A stretch of 64,000 nt of DNA from assembly GCA_977016875.1 (NCBI GenBank), contig CDRNST010000033.1, positions 434,001-498,000 of the forward strand, in the 5' to 3' direction. The notes under the pieces are model-generated. The model ran no database searches and had not been told where the DNA came from. It saw only the letters and a program-made list of their open reading frames with translations. This DNA comes from Pavona decussata (lineage: Eukaryota). Positions 12,911-26,479 of the stretch are shown piece after piece; within the stretch, counting starts at the first letter, position 1, and each line of letters starts with the position of its first letter. Made by a program: the position numbers and the translations under genes.

Positions 12911-13436
12911 TACAGAAGCCCACAAGGGACACATCTTTCCTGGTAAATTACCTCCATATTACAATAAGTTACTCATCCCACAAAATAAAGTGCACTATAA
13001 ACAAAATAAATACGCACAATGCGAACAAAATAAATCCGCACACTACGAACAAAATAAATCCGCACGCTGCAAACAAAATAAATTCGCACACTGCGAACAA
13101 CATAAATTCACACGCTGCAAAGACAAAATAAATCCGCACTCTGCGAACAAAATAAATTCGCACGCTGCAACTAAAAAAATCTGCACGCTGCAAACAAAAT
13201 AAATTCACAAACTACGAATAAAATAAATCAACACACACACACACGGAAAACAAAAACGGGAACACTTAAACTGTTAACAAACTGAAGATACACTGCAAAC
13301 CATAACTTAGAAGCACGCACTGCTAACAAAACATCGATCGCGCGCTGCAAACAGAAAAGCTGCGCGCTGCAAACAAAACGAAAACCTCTGCGTGCGCAGG
13401 TGGATGCGAAAGACTGGAGGCAAGTGATTCGCGCCA
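12911..13436 (+). repeat. IS3EU left TIR with internal 23-bp tandem subrepeats
   Basis: Inverted copy of 18818-19344; about 9-10 units of (c)gaacaaaataaattcgcacgctg at about 12980-13230. Confidence 0.9.
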
Positions 13437-13453
13437 AATTTGAGATTATCAGC

Positions 13454-14682
13454 ATGGAGTCCAGTGAAGACGATTTGAGCGAAGTTGAGCCTGATAATGG
13501 AGGAGGAATTGTTATTGAAGGTTTGCCAAGTGGATCCGAAAAGGAGGTTATTGAATATTATTTCAACAGAGGCCTTACCTACAGGGAAATAACGCTAATG
13601 TTAGGAAAACATCATCAAATAGATATGAGCGAACGAACATTGAAACGAAGGCTGAAAGACTATGGGCTAAGGAGACGTGATGTTGTAGATGATGAACTTG
13701 TTGAACACGTGAGAGAGTTGATTACACTCGAAATTAGCACTGGTCCAAACAGCCTCAGTGGTTACAGAACTATGTGGCATGTCCTACGCCTAAGACATAA
13801 AATTCATTTTCCTCGACAATTGGTTGAATTGCTTATGAGGGAAGTTGATCCTCGTGGAGTAGAACAGAGAAAGCACCGGCGTCTTCATCGCAGAATGTAC
13901 GTGTCACCAGGAGCCAATTTCTGTTGGCATATCGATGGATACGACAAACTAAAGCCGTTTGGCTTTTCTATTCATGGGTGTATAGATGGCTTCAGTCGAA
14001 GAATTTTATGGTTGGAAGTACAGCGTTCAAATAAGAATCCGCGGCTAATTGCAAGGTATTTCTTGAACTGTGTTAAAGGAACTCATGGATGTCCAGTACG
14101 TGTGTACACTGACCGTGGAACCGAAAACGGAGTACTGACTGCAATGCAGTGCTACTTGCGTGCGGAAGGTGTTGATGAATATTAGGGCTGCAAAGCTCAT
14201 AAATACGTTAAAAGTACGAGGAACCAAAGAATAGAAGGTTATTGGTCACACTTCAGGAGACAGCACTCAAGTTGGTGGATTGATTTCTTCAGTGACTTGC
14301 ACGAATCTGACATTCTCGATCTGACCAATGAGATTCACACAGAGGCTCTTTGGTTTTGCTTTGCTGATATCCTGCAGGATGATCTTGATAAGGTAAAGGA
14401 TTACTGGATTTCTCACCGGATCAGAAAGTCAAAGTATGCTACTGTGTCTTGAGTGCCACATATGATGTACTTCCTGCCAGAAGAATTTGGGCGAAGCGAC
14501 TGCCTAGTTCCAGTTTCTGACAGGCTGAGGGAAGTGGGTAAGAATTGGGTGATGATCACAGTGACCCAATTTGGGAGGAGTACTTCCTCTATGTGATGGA
14601 AAAGAATGGTTTTGCACAGCCCACCTCCGTTCTTGAGGCAGGAAATTTGTTTCAAAAGCTTATTCGGTTTGCCACTGGCTGA
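13454..14682 (+). pseudogene. IS3EU transposase: Clr5-like HTH plus integrase-core DDE
   Basis: IEYYFNRGLTYREI..SERTLKRRL HTH; catalytic WHIDGYDKLKPFG, YTDRGTEN and NQRIEGYW. Stops at 14183 and about 14450; frameshift near 14540. Confidence 0.9.
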
Positions 14683-15561
14683 GGAACAGTTAAAATAGCA
14701 TAATTTGGAAAACGTCAAGGTTTACAAAGGTTAATTAAGTGATTACTATTTGCAATACTGAGAAAGTAACCACTTGCTTGACTGACAAAAAAGGATTAGT
14801 GACTCGCTTATTTTTGAAATTTTAATGTTTAACCTACACTTAATATGCAGTATTACTTGTTCTGTACTTTGAATAGAAAGGTGAATCGTTCATATTTTGA
14901 AATCAGGGAGAAAAGGTGGCTACTTCATACTGTCGGAAAACTGCAAAATGAAAACAAAAGGAAACTAACAGGGCGATTACATGAGACCAGAACAAAATCA
15001 GACCGATTTCCATACAAATCCTTATATATATCAGCAACATGAGAGCAGTATCAAATACTGAGGCTGACATACCGAAATAAATCTAAGATCAGTGTGCCAG
15101 TGGTTTGGCATGCACAGAAATCATAAAAGCATTTTCTGTATCCTGCAGTCATCTCTCCTGCTCATTTAGGGTAATGTCATTGTAAAAGTTTGAATTTATG
15201 CCACTTACATGTGATCACCCTCTAAATCTAGCTTTTCAGAACTTTCAAAAGGAATCTATTATTAATGATTTACAACAAATTTTCTCACTGCACTCTATTG
15301 CATGTAACTTTATTAAAGCATCTTTAATATAAACTATTAATCTCAAAGCTGTCGCACCTTAAAGAGGTGCTTTGTGTCAACAATTTGTACAAACAAGCAG
15401 TTTTTAGGTTGAAAAGGTACTTCATGCCTGCCCTGAACCCAACATGACACTGTAAATTTAACATTAATTTTGTAAACAATGATATCTTACCTGAGATGAA
15501 TTAACGAGGTGTTGCCCTTCAAATTGATCTGTTCAATTACATGACTTCTTGACTATTATGC

Positions 15562-18500
15562 TCATGGCAACCCAAACCCATAAGCCTCAAAAATGTCCTC
15601 CATGAAGTTACAAGCAAATTCCTTACTGTCACAAGTACCAGCATACCTCTTATTCACTGGAATAGTGATAGTGAGGGAACATGTATTTCCAGAAATTCTT
15701 TTTGCAGTTAGTGTATTCTGGTGATCAAATTCTAATTTTCCTGAGAAATTTGGGAAGCGAGAACCACTTTCAAACTGCAACACATCACCTAATGTGAGAA
15801 CTTTAAGTTCAGCATCACAAGCACCAGGTGAGCTTGTTTCAGAAAAAGGGTGAACATAACATTTCAATTTCTCCTTCTTCACATTACGTAGAAAGCTGTG
15901 CCAGTTATAGACAATTTCTGTTTCTTTCTCGTGCAATTCTGTTCCAGGGGATGAAAAACAAGGAACAAAGCAGCATTTCACATCCTCAACAGATATTTCC
16001 ACATGCATTAGTTTCTTCACACCATCATTAGGGAATTTACACAACAACTCTAAAACACCAAACGAAGTTAGCCTCTTCTTGAAGCTATAAATCTCCTCTG
16101 CCACACTACTCAATACTATATGTTTGATACAAGCATTCAAAAGGTCTTTCTTGTCCTCAAAGGTAACAGATGCTTTTGTGTATCCCATATCGAAACGTTC
16201 GGGAAAGTTTTGGACAGTATCAGTAAATGATGCTTCATCACAACAGGAGGAAATGTTTTGAAGCTGATTCAGGAACTCACATTCATTTGGGACTTCCTCC
16301 AAGTGGGGTTCTTGATGGATGTCTAATACAAACCCCGCTAACATAGGAGTAAAAAAATGGGGTCCTGGGCAACCATTTACCAGAGCAATAGCTACAAGCT
16401 TACAAAAGATCTCAAACAGGCCTTTGCCCAAGGCCTCTAGGTTATGTCTAAAAGTAACATGAGGGTATTTTCCCCTTACAAGTGTACTATAAAGACTGAA
16501 ACCAAGGAAGAGTTCCGAAAAGAACTCCCTTGTTACCCCTCCTGAATCCACTGCTTCCTCCCCAATGAACTTAACTGTTACCCTTGGTTTTAGATCTTCA
16601 TCTTCTAAGCACTCAAACACTCTGTTAACTAAATTTTTTCTAGTAATTTCAATGAAGGTAAATTCTTCGATTGGAAAACCATTCAGAATTTGTTCCAGTG
16701 CTTCTTCCAAGGACTTAGGAGTGACTACTTCACATGTTTTTTCCACTGTGTTATGAACAAGAGCTTCCTGGTTGCTCAGACTCTGGTCTATGGCACATCT
16801 TAAAAGGAAGTCATTAACATGGTTGGTATCTGCAATAAATCAACATCAAACTTATTTCTTCTCAGGTATCGATACATCACCTCAAATTTAACAAAACATC
16901 TGCAGGTAGGCGACATAGGTTTACTTCAGCAGCAATGCAGAAACAATAACTATTATTAATTTGGGATTACTATAAACAGTTTAATCCTAGTTGTTTACAT
17001 ACCCCATGGGCAACCTTTCGGACAAATTAAATCCAACAGGCCCCAGGATGGGTAATTATTTTTAGAGTTCTTGACCTGGGGCTAGGGGTTAGGCGAATCA
17101 AAAAAGTAAAGTTTTTATTATTTGGTTGCCAAAACATAGGCCCCAAGTCCAGACCTATGAAACAATGCTTACTGCACTTTTCAATAACATTTGGACTCTC
17201 AAATTCAAGATTCAACCAACCGTCACGGTTTTCTGTGCCATCAATCACTGCAGTGGACCTCCAAGATAACAAAAACGTTTGGCTCAATGGGGTCAAAAGG
17301 TCATGTTCATATGCTGTGATTGGCAGATTTCCATCCACTTTGTTGGTTTCTTTATTTCTGTGGTCAGCTGGTTATCGCTGTAATTATGATTGACAGCAGT
17401 AAATCCTGCAAATTGTTAGTTGGGGTTGAAGTTCAGAGTCCATATGTTATTGAAAGGTGTAGTAATTAACAATTTAATAGAAAGGTCTCCAGATGGCATA
17501 AATTTTGAAGCTCTTTTCTGTTTATGTAATGTACCTGTTCTGTCCACTGCTAAAACTTTCCTGAGCTATATTTCTCAAACAGTGTCATCTTTTTGTTAAA
17601 TTATACAATTCATAAATGAAGCCAAGTGTTTCCTGGTTAATACATAAATGTTTACCTTACTGTCTAACCCAGGATGACAAAGGTTCTCATACTTTTCCCA
17701 ATAATACATCCAGGTATATCAAGGCAAATGAGGCCAAGGAGCTAAGGAGCAAACTTGTATCAAAAACAGGGAACAAAAAAAATCCAGGCGACCAAAAGAG
17801 TTGCACTGTTATGAAATCACTATTTGATGATGATGGCAACAGCTAGAACTAAATCATGTCATGCCTGATTTTTCTAATGTTTACACCAAAACAGTCCCTT
17901 AAAACATCCATTAGATTTCAACGTGTAAGTGGCACTGTAATGTGATGATTGTGTTATATATACCAAAAACTGAACTCCACTCTCTGCTTGTAAGAGGCCC
18001 CGTATACTACCAAAATTAGAGGCTGAATGAAACACCCACCTTCCAAATTTGTAACGGCTTCAAAATGGGCTTCATCACTATCACCCACAACAACGGTTTG
18101 TTTTGGTTCACGCCCAGAAAGCCATTTGGTAAGTCCTCCCTCGTTTTCACATTCTTCAATAGAACTGTTATCGGTGTCATCGCATCTGTTAGTAAACTCG
18201 TCAAATGGAATCAGGAAAAAAGTGAGACGCTTGTAGTCTTTACTTATTGCCTGCTTGTATGATGATAAAACAAAAGGATCCTTCGTTCCGGGAACAACGT
18301 TTAATTCACTGAAATCGGGAAAGAGCAACGTGTAGGGAATGGTTCCATCAAAGGTCTGGTCAAAGCTGGAATGCTTTGCAATAGCCTTTCCTATGATCTC
18401 TCCTTTATCAGCGTTTGATTTCACGGTAATAGAGTGCATCTTGCCACGTCGACTCTTGAAAACACCATCAACCTGGGAAGCGATGCCCACCTTAACTGCT

Positions 18501-18805
18501 ACATCCACGTCCTTTGGAGGAACTGCCGACTTACCAAGAGTCTTCTTCTTTTTCTTCTTGGGTGGTAAGAATCCCTCCTGACGTTGTTCTTCTCGAAGGG
18601 CATAGAATTCTGAGAACGACAATGTAAGATCTTCGGTGCTTGAAGTCGCCTGGGAATCGCAAGTAACACTTGTCCTCGTTTCTGCAATAGCAGAGGCAGT
18701 ATCTGTATCCCTTGCACCAGTCGTTGTTGGTGTGGAATCGGCAAAAACGCGTGAAACTTCTTCTCTAACTGCTGCTTGGATTTCTCTTTTGAGAAACGAC
18801 GCCAT
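15562..18805 (-). CDS. HECT-domain E3 ubiquitin ligase-like protein (G2E3-like), IS3EU cargo; spliced and possibly frameshifted in exon 2
   Basis: Open 394-aa last exon with VKFIGEEAVDSGGVTREFF, GCPGPHFF, LQFESG and C-lobe GNTCSLTITIP (putative catalytic Cys). Exon 1 18805-18040 (GT at 18039), exon 2 about 17405-17173, exon 3 from about 16829. Confidence 0.82.
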
Positions 18806-18817
18806 GATGGACTGAAA

Positions 18818-19344
18818 TGGCGCGAATAACTTGGCTCCAGTCTTTCGCATCCACCTGCGCACGCAGAGGTTTTCGTTTTGTTTGCAGCGTGCAGCTTTTT
18901 TTGTTTGCAGCGCGCAGCTTTTTTGTTTCAAGCGCGCGATTGATGTTTTGTTAGCAGTGCGTGCTTCTAAGTTATGGTTTGCAGTGTATCTTCGGTTTGT
19001 AAACAGTTAGTGTGTTCCCATTTTTGTTTTCCGTGTGTGTGTGCTGATTTATTTTATTCGTAGTTTGCGAATTTATTTTGTTTGCTTCGTGCAGATTTTT
19101 TTAGTTGCAGCGTGCGGATTTATTTTGTCTTTGGAGCGTGCGAATTTATTTTGTTCGCAGTGTGCGAATTTATTTTGTTTGCAGCGTGCGGATTTATTTT
19201 GTTCGTAGTGTGCAGATTTATTTTGTTCGCAGTGTGCGTATTTCTTGATTTTGTTTATAGTGCATTTTATTTTGTGGGATGTGTAACTTATTGTTATATG
19301 GACGTATATTACCAAGAAAGATGTGTCCCTTGTGGGCTTCCGTA
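18818..19344 (-). repeat. IS3EU right TIR
   Basis: Inverted copy of 12911-13436. Confidence 0.9.
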
Positions 19345-21349
19345 AATTAGGATGAGGCCAAGATCTCAACAACAGTGCTGGCCTGTTGACCGGCCTCATA
19401 CCAGCAAGTCATAAAAGTACACCACAGAGGGTATTACTAGTTGTTCAATTATGTTAATTTTGTGTGTGTAGGATTCGTAGTCCTATTTTTACCAAGTTAA
19501 AAAAGATCAGTCCATCAATTTATCTTGGACAAACAAAATTGAGTTAATGGTAATTTTCTGTGGGTTGGTAGGGGAAGGGTGTCCCATGACCGTAGGATTC
19601 TGTCTAAAGCAAAAAGAGTGCCTGAAAAGACCTATTAGGTTTAGTTCTTGGTTCTGTCCTCAATATTGTTCCCCACACTTAGGTTGATTTCATTTAGATA
19701 GACAACTAATCAACACATACATCAAACCTATAACAGACATATCTGTCCTACGGAATGTTGTAAAGCCAGAAAATATCCATTCCCACACCGAGGATGGGGA
19801 CCAGAAACGTAAAGTGGGGGGGTGGGGGTGGGGGGGTTTATGGGCCTACTTTGAAAATAAAAATAAAAAACCTTATGCATCGAAGTTGGAATTTCCATGT
19901 TCTAATCCAAAATCCATTATTTGGATAGGCACTGTTTGGGTGGGAAATGAATATTTTCTGGTCTAATGCACTGACCTTTATCAAATTAGCATCCTTTCTA
20001 CTTTCCTCACACATTGGAGTTCTGTTAAAGCACTAGGGTGCTGGTCCAAAAGTTGCTACAAAAATAATTGTCATTTATGGGTTTTTCCTAGGGAATAAAG
20101 GGTTAATTTTCAAAGTTTCGTCTTTTTAGTTTTGTCTCCTTGTTGTTGTTTTATTTTTCTTTTGCTTTGTTTGTATTTTTTTTCATGTTTCACACAGTTT
20201 TCAAAAATGAAAACTCCCAGATAAATATTCATAGAGTAGAAAAGAAGTTCAACACAAAACAGAACATAAGCACTTAATACGCCAAGACTTTCAATGTTTA
20301 TTCTGGTAACACATCAGAACACTCTAATGACTGATGTGTTGCATCCTGCATGGTGCTCTCCATTCCAGAAAGAGATTCTCTCCTCTTCAGATAAATATTC
20401 ATAGAGCAGAAAAGAAGTTCAATACAATAGAACATAAGCACTTTATACACCAAGACTTAAGCCCGTCAGCAAGCTTAAAAGCTCCTCATCTTCAGCGAGT
20501 GGGGCCCACTCTCCAAGTAATGCATTGTCCTCGAATGCATCATCACTGTCACCAGCAGTGTCATATACCATTTCTTCATCACACTAGCCATTACGTCAAC
20601 AAAAACTTGACCAAGCTTATGAAGAATTTTTTGGCATGATTTATGTCCCAGATTTCAACTTTTGGCCATGACGTCCTCTAGACAAAAAAAGTGTTTCACA
20701 ATTATCAACAACTTGTTCAATTTGTAACCCAGAAAAACCAAGTCTGGTATTCAGATTCATCAAAGTTTTCACATGACCTAAAGCAAATTTTCTAATTAAC
20801 TCCATGACAACATGGTTCTCCAGAAAATTTATGGTAGAGGGAGAAATAATTCAAGTAGGCAGCGACAGTTTAGATTTAAAGCAGCGCTGACACTTGTCAG
20901 GGTAGGTATGGGAGGGGTTCGCTCCCTACCATAGGGGGGTCGTGAAAAGTGCATTTCAGTGCATTTTGAGCGACCATGTGAATGGGACCTATATGTACCC
21001 ACTTTTGCTTTATTTTATACCATGTTTCCATTGTTCATACTATATGTTCATTAATGTCAACTGATACTTGTCACTTTGGTTGAATTTTCTCAAAGCATCA
21101 CTCATTTTTATAGAAACTTTTAAGTTATTTTTCTGTGACGGCACTTGTATTTGTTTAATTTGTTTTCATGATTTGGTCCATTGCATTTGTCTATAATGTC
21201 TAATCATACTAGGCTAAAATCCGCTAAATTGCCTAAACATCACCCAAATCGGCTGATACTTCATACTTTGCTTGGTGGCTTTTATCAGTGACAAAAAAAA
21301 ATTCACATTTCACAAAAATGCAACTGAATTAAAGTTCGATTTGTGGTTG

Positions 21350-23270
21350 AGGTCTAGGAGTTTCAGTTGAGCTGTTCAGGTTAATCATCGTCTTCCATAT
21401 CAAACTCGAATTCCGAATCTGCATCAGAATCATCTAACATGTCCATGTGAGCAACTGCCTTTTGCTCTATTGTAGCAGTCATGGATGCCTGTGCCGGAGC
21501 TCTTTCTGGTTGGACTGGCTGAGGGTCTGTCACAGTTTTGACGATCAACTTGGATTGTTTGTGGTAGAAGAATAAATATTATTTATTTTGGAGATACCAT
21601 TTTATGTGAGAATTATTGTGTAATCTGAAAAGGTCAATTCTATTATAAACAAATGATTGTTAGCAATACATACCAGTTGCTTCAGTCTGAATGCCAATAG
21701 TGACAGATTGCTTGTCTCTAGCATCAGCATGGTTACTGCCACCAATCTTTGGAAGATTTAAGGGTGGTACGTTCCTGTTGTGGGTATTTAGCCATGTTTG
21801 TGTAGCCTCTGTTAGGATTGCTTTACATTCGTCAGAGTTTAGTTCCGGGCCATTGATGGAAAGTTGAAGACATGCTGACAACATATCATTCTTCTGGCAG
21901 TTTCGCAACCTTGTCTTCTCCCTATTAATTGCACTTGCTCCTCTCTCTACAACAGCTTTGGGGTCTGGTTGTGTCAAGCAGCTTTTCACAGTGTCCACCA
22001 AGAATGAGTAGCTTTCCTTTAGCAATGCTTGTTCTTTCACCACTTTTCGGAGAAAACATTTAGGCGGCGACAATTTGCTGTTGTTTCCTTTCAGCACGTT
22101 TTGGGTCGGGTTCCAAGATAGCATCAAATAGTTAAGATTTTGCCACTGTACAACCATTTGGTCTTCACTGAACTCGAACTGGCCTGCAAGAATCTTCACA
22201 TTTGCCACACCATATTAAGAAAACTGAGGCTCACTTGCTGTAGGCAGGGTGGTTGGGTTAAAGTTACTGAAGGCACCTAGTACTGGAGCAGCCTCAGTAA
22301 AACCGTCTGTCCAGGTTCTTTATTAGTGCTGAAATATAGTTGTTACAGAGGTTGACTAACATTTGTTCTTGTGATGAATCTAGTGTTAATTCTAGATCTT
22401 TATATCTTGTTTCCAAAGCCTCTTTTTGTACAACCAGTTGCTTTATTAGTTGCTTCTTTGTGTATTCAGGGAGGGCTCAATTGCAGAATAGTGTATCTTG
22501 TTGTGCTGAAACACCTTGCTTAGGGTAATAAGATGGGGGAGAACTCTGTTCAAGAGAACAAGAGTTCTGACAGACGTCGTTCTTTCTCTTGATCAAGCCA
22601 TCAGCAGTGGCAGCGAGCTCCTGGAATTTCCTGAGGGTGTGTATTAGAGCCAACAGATTACTGACAACGCTGGATACACTCTGACCAGTTGACAGTCCTG
22701 CAGGCCCTCTGGACTTTACTTGCCAACGATTTCTTTTGTGTGTCTGGCACTTGAATGTTTCTCAAATTTTTGCAGACCTTGATGTAGGCAGAGCACCCTT
22801 TGGGATATTCAAGCCACTTCCAGAGCTGTTTAAGGGTAGACTTGATTGTGGTGATGAATTTGAACTGATCATTCGGGTCTCCATAGGTCAGCGCCAACCT
22901 ATGGCTTATGCAGTGTATTCATAGAAGGTGAGGACACATTGCCTGTAGTCTAGCATCAACTCCATTCCTGGCTCCTGTCATGACACTGGCACCATCTGGC
23001 CGAAATCCACAGGCGTGCTCAAGTGGAAGGCCACTTTCCTTAAGCTCTTTTGTAAATAGTTGTGTGATAGTTTCAGCTTAGTGGAGCCGGATGACGCAAG
23101 GCAGTCTTTAACTTCTAAGAAATTGAAGTGGGTCTCATCGTCCTTATCTACGTGTCGAACGTAGATTAAAAGTTGTTTGATGACAGCACAATCAATTATT
23201 ACATCAACAAATATGCTGAACTACTTGGCTTCCTTAGTCCGGGACAGCAACTTCTTCAGCAACTGCCCCA
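21350..23270 (-). pseudogene. hAT transposase (ZNF862-like)
   Basis: FSIFVDV..QLLIYVRHV, DGASVMTG, IHCISHRLAL, and dimerization-domain VERGASAINREKTRLRN..LQLSINGP; many stops. Confidence 0.85.
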
Positions 23271-23389
23271 CTAGGAGTTCATTTTCCAGTGAGAAGGCCC
23301 ATGCAGCTGTTCGTCCAAACTATTGAAAGAGATAACTATCGCCAAATGATAAGTCCTTACAGCTGTCTTAATACCTGTTTCTTCTACCT

Positions 23390-23645
23390 AATCTTGACAC
23401 AAATCACGGATAAGCCAAAAATCTAGTCTTCTGAACAAGGGGCTTCTTTTGTCTAAAGGCTTACTATCCAGGTTTCTGATTCTCCATGTAATAGTTAAAT
23501 CATAATATAAGCAGTTGTTATCTAGAATTTTAGCTGATCTTTTTTCATTAGGCAAACCTCCAGAGCTATCAAGATCCAGATCCCTGACAACATTAAAATC
23601 TCTACCAATTATAATTCTTTGATTTTGACCAGTAATAAGATCGTC
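23390..23645 (-). mobile_element. Tx1/L1-type AP-endonuclease fragment inside the hAT element
   Basis: IIIGRDFNVVRDLDLDSSGG matches the GGDFN motif region. Confidence 0.55.
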
Positions 23646-26479
23646 TAATTCTTACCTTTTTCTGTGTCTTCTTTGGGTCTTTTATTCCATGCAGTGAACA
23701 GCTATGAATAAAACGAATATTCTGGCCACAAAGATTTCAGTATGTTTTTATTATTATATTTTATCTTGTGGCTATCCAGGATTTGTTTTTATCGAACAAG
23801 TGTTGAGAAACAATATGACGGATTTATTATCCCACTTAAAAAAAAAAATTCGGTGACTAGCCGACACTTCTGGGGCAACTAGACACCGGAGCTTCCGGAG
23901 AACCCTGTCAGAAGTCACTTGCGGTACTTAACTAGAGCCATTTTAAGTTCTGTTATTCTGTGATGCACTGATTTCTTTTTCTTTTGCACTGAGGAATAAT
24001 GGTTCTCATTGTCAACAACTCCAAAAAAGGTGTAAGTGGAGCACTCTGCAATGACATCTTTGGGCACAGTTGTCACAGCAGGTGTGAAGGGGGGCCCGAA
24101 ATTGTAATTTTTGTACTACCAAAATGCATTTCTACATTTATTTGTTTTGAGGTATTCTTTATGTCCCTTTCAACATGATAAAGCATCAATCCTTTGTAGA
24201 GCAGATAAGAGAAACTCAGTTTACCATCATGGCCTGCACGCCCTGTCTCCTGAATAAATACCTTCACATATTTTGAGGGCCCAAAATGAATTGTTCTGTG
24301 AACACCCTTTCAATCAACGTCCATTCCAAATACTATAGTGGCAAAAAGGACAAGGATAGGTCCATCTTCTCTTCGAAGTGACCTCACAACTGCTTCTTTG
24401 TTGTCATCTGGTGTGCATGAATACAACATCCCCAGAACAGAACATTCCAAATTATCCTTCCCATACGTGCACCGGCCTGGCATTGATTTAAGTCTAGCAT
24501 ATATGAGGGAACACTGTTTTATGGTCTGACAGTAAACAACAGTTTCCTCCATTTTTCCTTGTTTAATCTGTTAAACAATCCAGTCAAAATGGTCCTACAC
24601 CTCACTGTCATTAGCCATGTAATTTACGATATAGGTTATGTTGGCTTATTCGGGCTTTCAGTAACTTCACATATGTTTGTCAATCTGAAGACATAATGGC
24701 AGTCTTTTTTGTTTCTTCTGTGGCTGTTGCAGTCAGAGCCGTCATTCTTACTGATAGAACAGGAGTTCTTAGTTCATGCAAGTCTGCATACACTGCACAA
24801 AATGTGGTTATCTTGTTATTGGTAGATGTTCCCCTAACAATGGGACAACAGTGAATGTTAACAGTAAGGACATAAGCCTATTTATAAAAAATTGGGAGGG
24901 GGATAACACTAGTAGATAATTGCCCTTTTGAAGATTTGCACTGCTGATGTTTAGGGTATAATCAGAGAGACGTTTTGTATGCAAACTGGTAGACATATAG
25001 GTCGGTGGGATTTTATAAGTGGTGGTATTAAATTACAACAGGGTTTCTGCTTGACGCAGTTCATTTGTCATAGCAAGATCTCTCTGAAGAAATTTGAATC
25101 AAACTGAGTTGCCCATAGTAATTGTGATTCTTATCTTTGAATTATTGTGTGTTCTTAATGTTTTGTGTACTTTTTGTTGTGAAGCTTAAGTGTTGTAGAT
25201 ATTTTACCTCAGACAACAAAGCACAAGTGCAGTGAATTAATTTCACTGACTACGAATCTCAGCAAGATTAAACGTACCTCAGAGCCAAAGATTGATTAAG
25301 CTTACACTGTCACAGAAGTATAAGAAAAACTCAAGTATCTAGACACAATGCAATTATACAAGCGCACATCATAGATGGGTTGTTCTCTAATCAGCAATAA
25401 TCTTACCATTGTTTTATAACATGGGCTTTATCTACTGCAACACAACATAAATTTTCTTAGTAGATGGGACTTGACAAAACTTCCCTCCACCATTTGTTTC
25501 TCAAAAAAGACTCTAGAGTGCCAAACACAACCGAATACACCACTTTTTTTTCCTTTTCCGCCTCGCCTTCCTCCAAATCGCTCAGACTGACAGAAGATAG
25601 GCCAATAATTCTTAAAAGCCTGACTTGGTCTTCCATTAAATTCACGAGAGGCCACACAACAGCTACAACGTGACCAGGAGAAGCTGTTAGGCTACTGAAT
25701 ATCAAAGAAAAAGCTTGATAAATAAGCGACTCTCTGTAAGCAGTTGGCAAATTGACGAAAACATCCCTACTTCCCCTCACAAATTCTGATTGCTTTCAGT
25801 TGGTAGGCATTTAAGGAAGAAATTTTATGGTGCTCAAAGCTTGCTCAAATTCTGCCCCTGCTATGTTGTTTTTGACCATTCCCCCGAAAAGCGTTCTGAG
25901 GTAAAGGTCAACCTTCCGGATTTTAGAAGGATTGTTGTGATTGGCTTAGTGACAGAAAAGAATGTGGTGCTTGGTTAAGCAGGCATTTGTGGGGAGGAGG
26001 TAATACAAGTCACCTAAAAACAACTGCATGGGAGGCTACATTTGGCGGCATTCATCATTTTAGTGCGTAAATACCTAGATCCCTTACGTGACTAACTCAA
26101 TCTCATTCCCCGCTCCACCAAAGTTTTGGAAAGAAGCGAAACAAAAATGGTGGAAATGTCACAAGGGTATATTGGTCTGCTAGGAGACATGTAGGTCTTG
26201 ACTAGTGGGTTGTGGTAGTTAGAATCTCCCGATCGAAGCGAAGAACAATCGACTTTTTGGTATCTAGGTTAGAGCAACTTTTACAACATTTGCTTCGAAT
26301 AATGCAATCGTATTGCACTGCATCAGAAAATGATCTTATGGAAGATGTAATACGTTGCCAACTGCCATACCTTAATTTCTCTAAGCATGCAAATAATTTT
26401 TGTCTGTAAGCAAGTCATTTGTCATGCCAGCGTCACGTTTTGGCCTGACAAGAAGCCAGTGTAGGCCATATTTAGAAAG

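Larger units (their letters stand above)
12911..19344. mobile_element. IS3EU DNA transposon, full length
   Basis: Ends TACAGAAGCCC and GGGCTTCCGTA (TAY..RTA); perfect 6-bp TSD AATTAG (12905-10, 19345-50); long TIRs; two convergent genes. Confidence 0.92.
20811..23907 (-). mobile_element. hAT element (ZNF862/C17orf113-like), internally deleted
   Basis: TIRs CATGGTTCTCCAGAA and CAGGGTTCTCCGGAA. The RecQ frame is continuous across the two junctions. Degenerate 6-bp duplication tgacaa/tcagaa. Confidence 0.78.
20457..26058 (-). pseudogene. RecQ-like SF2 helicase of transposon origin (AcademH-type), split by a hAT insertion and a MITE
   Basis: Degenerate motifs VNLPTAYRESLIYQ, AVDKAHV, TATAT, ATIVFGMDVD, QETGRAGHDG and CDNC. 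The C-terminus (VMELIRK..GFSGLQIEQVVDNC..VEIWD) resumes at 20810. One intron about 25406-24835. Confidence 0.82.

Noticed and set aside
12969-13455. ORFs in the IS3EU TIRs (also 19073-19399)
   Set aside because: Translations of the 23-bp subrepeats, mirrored in both TIRs.
15562-16746. Host G2E3 gene
   Set aside because: No PHD/RING N-terminus, and it lies inside TIR/TSD-bounded transposon ends, so no host gene symbol was given.
23908-26058. Host WRN/BLM/RECQL gene
   Set aside because: Short, degenerate, lacks host accessory domains and sits among transposons.
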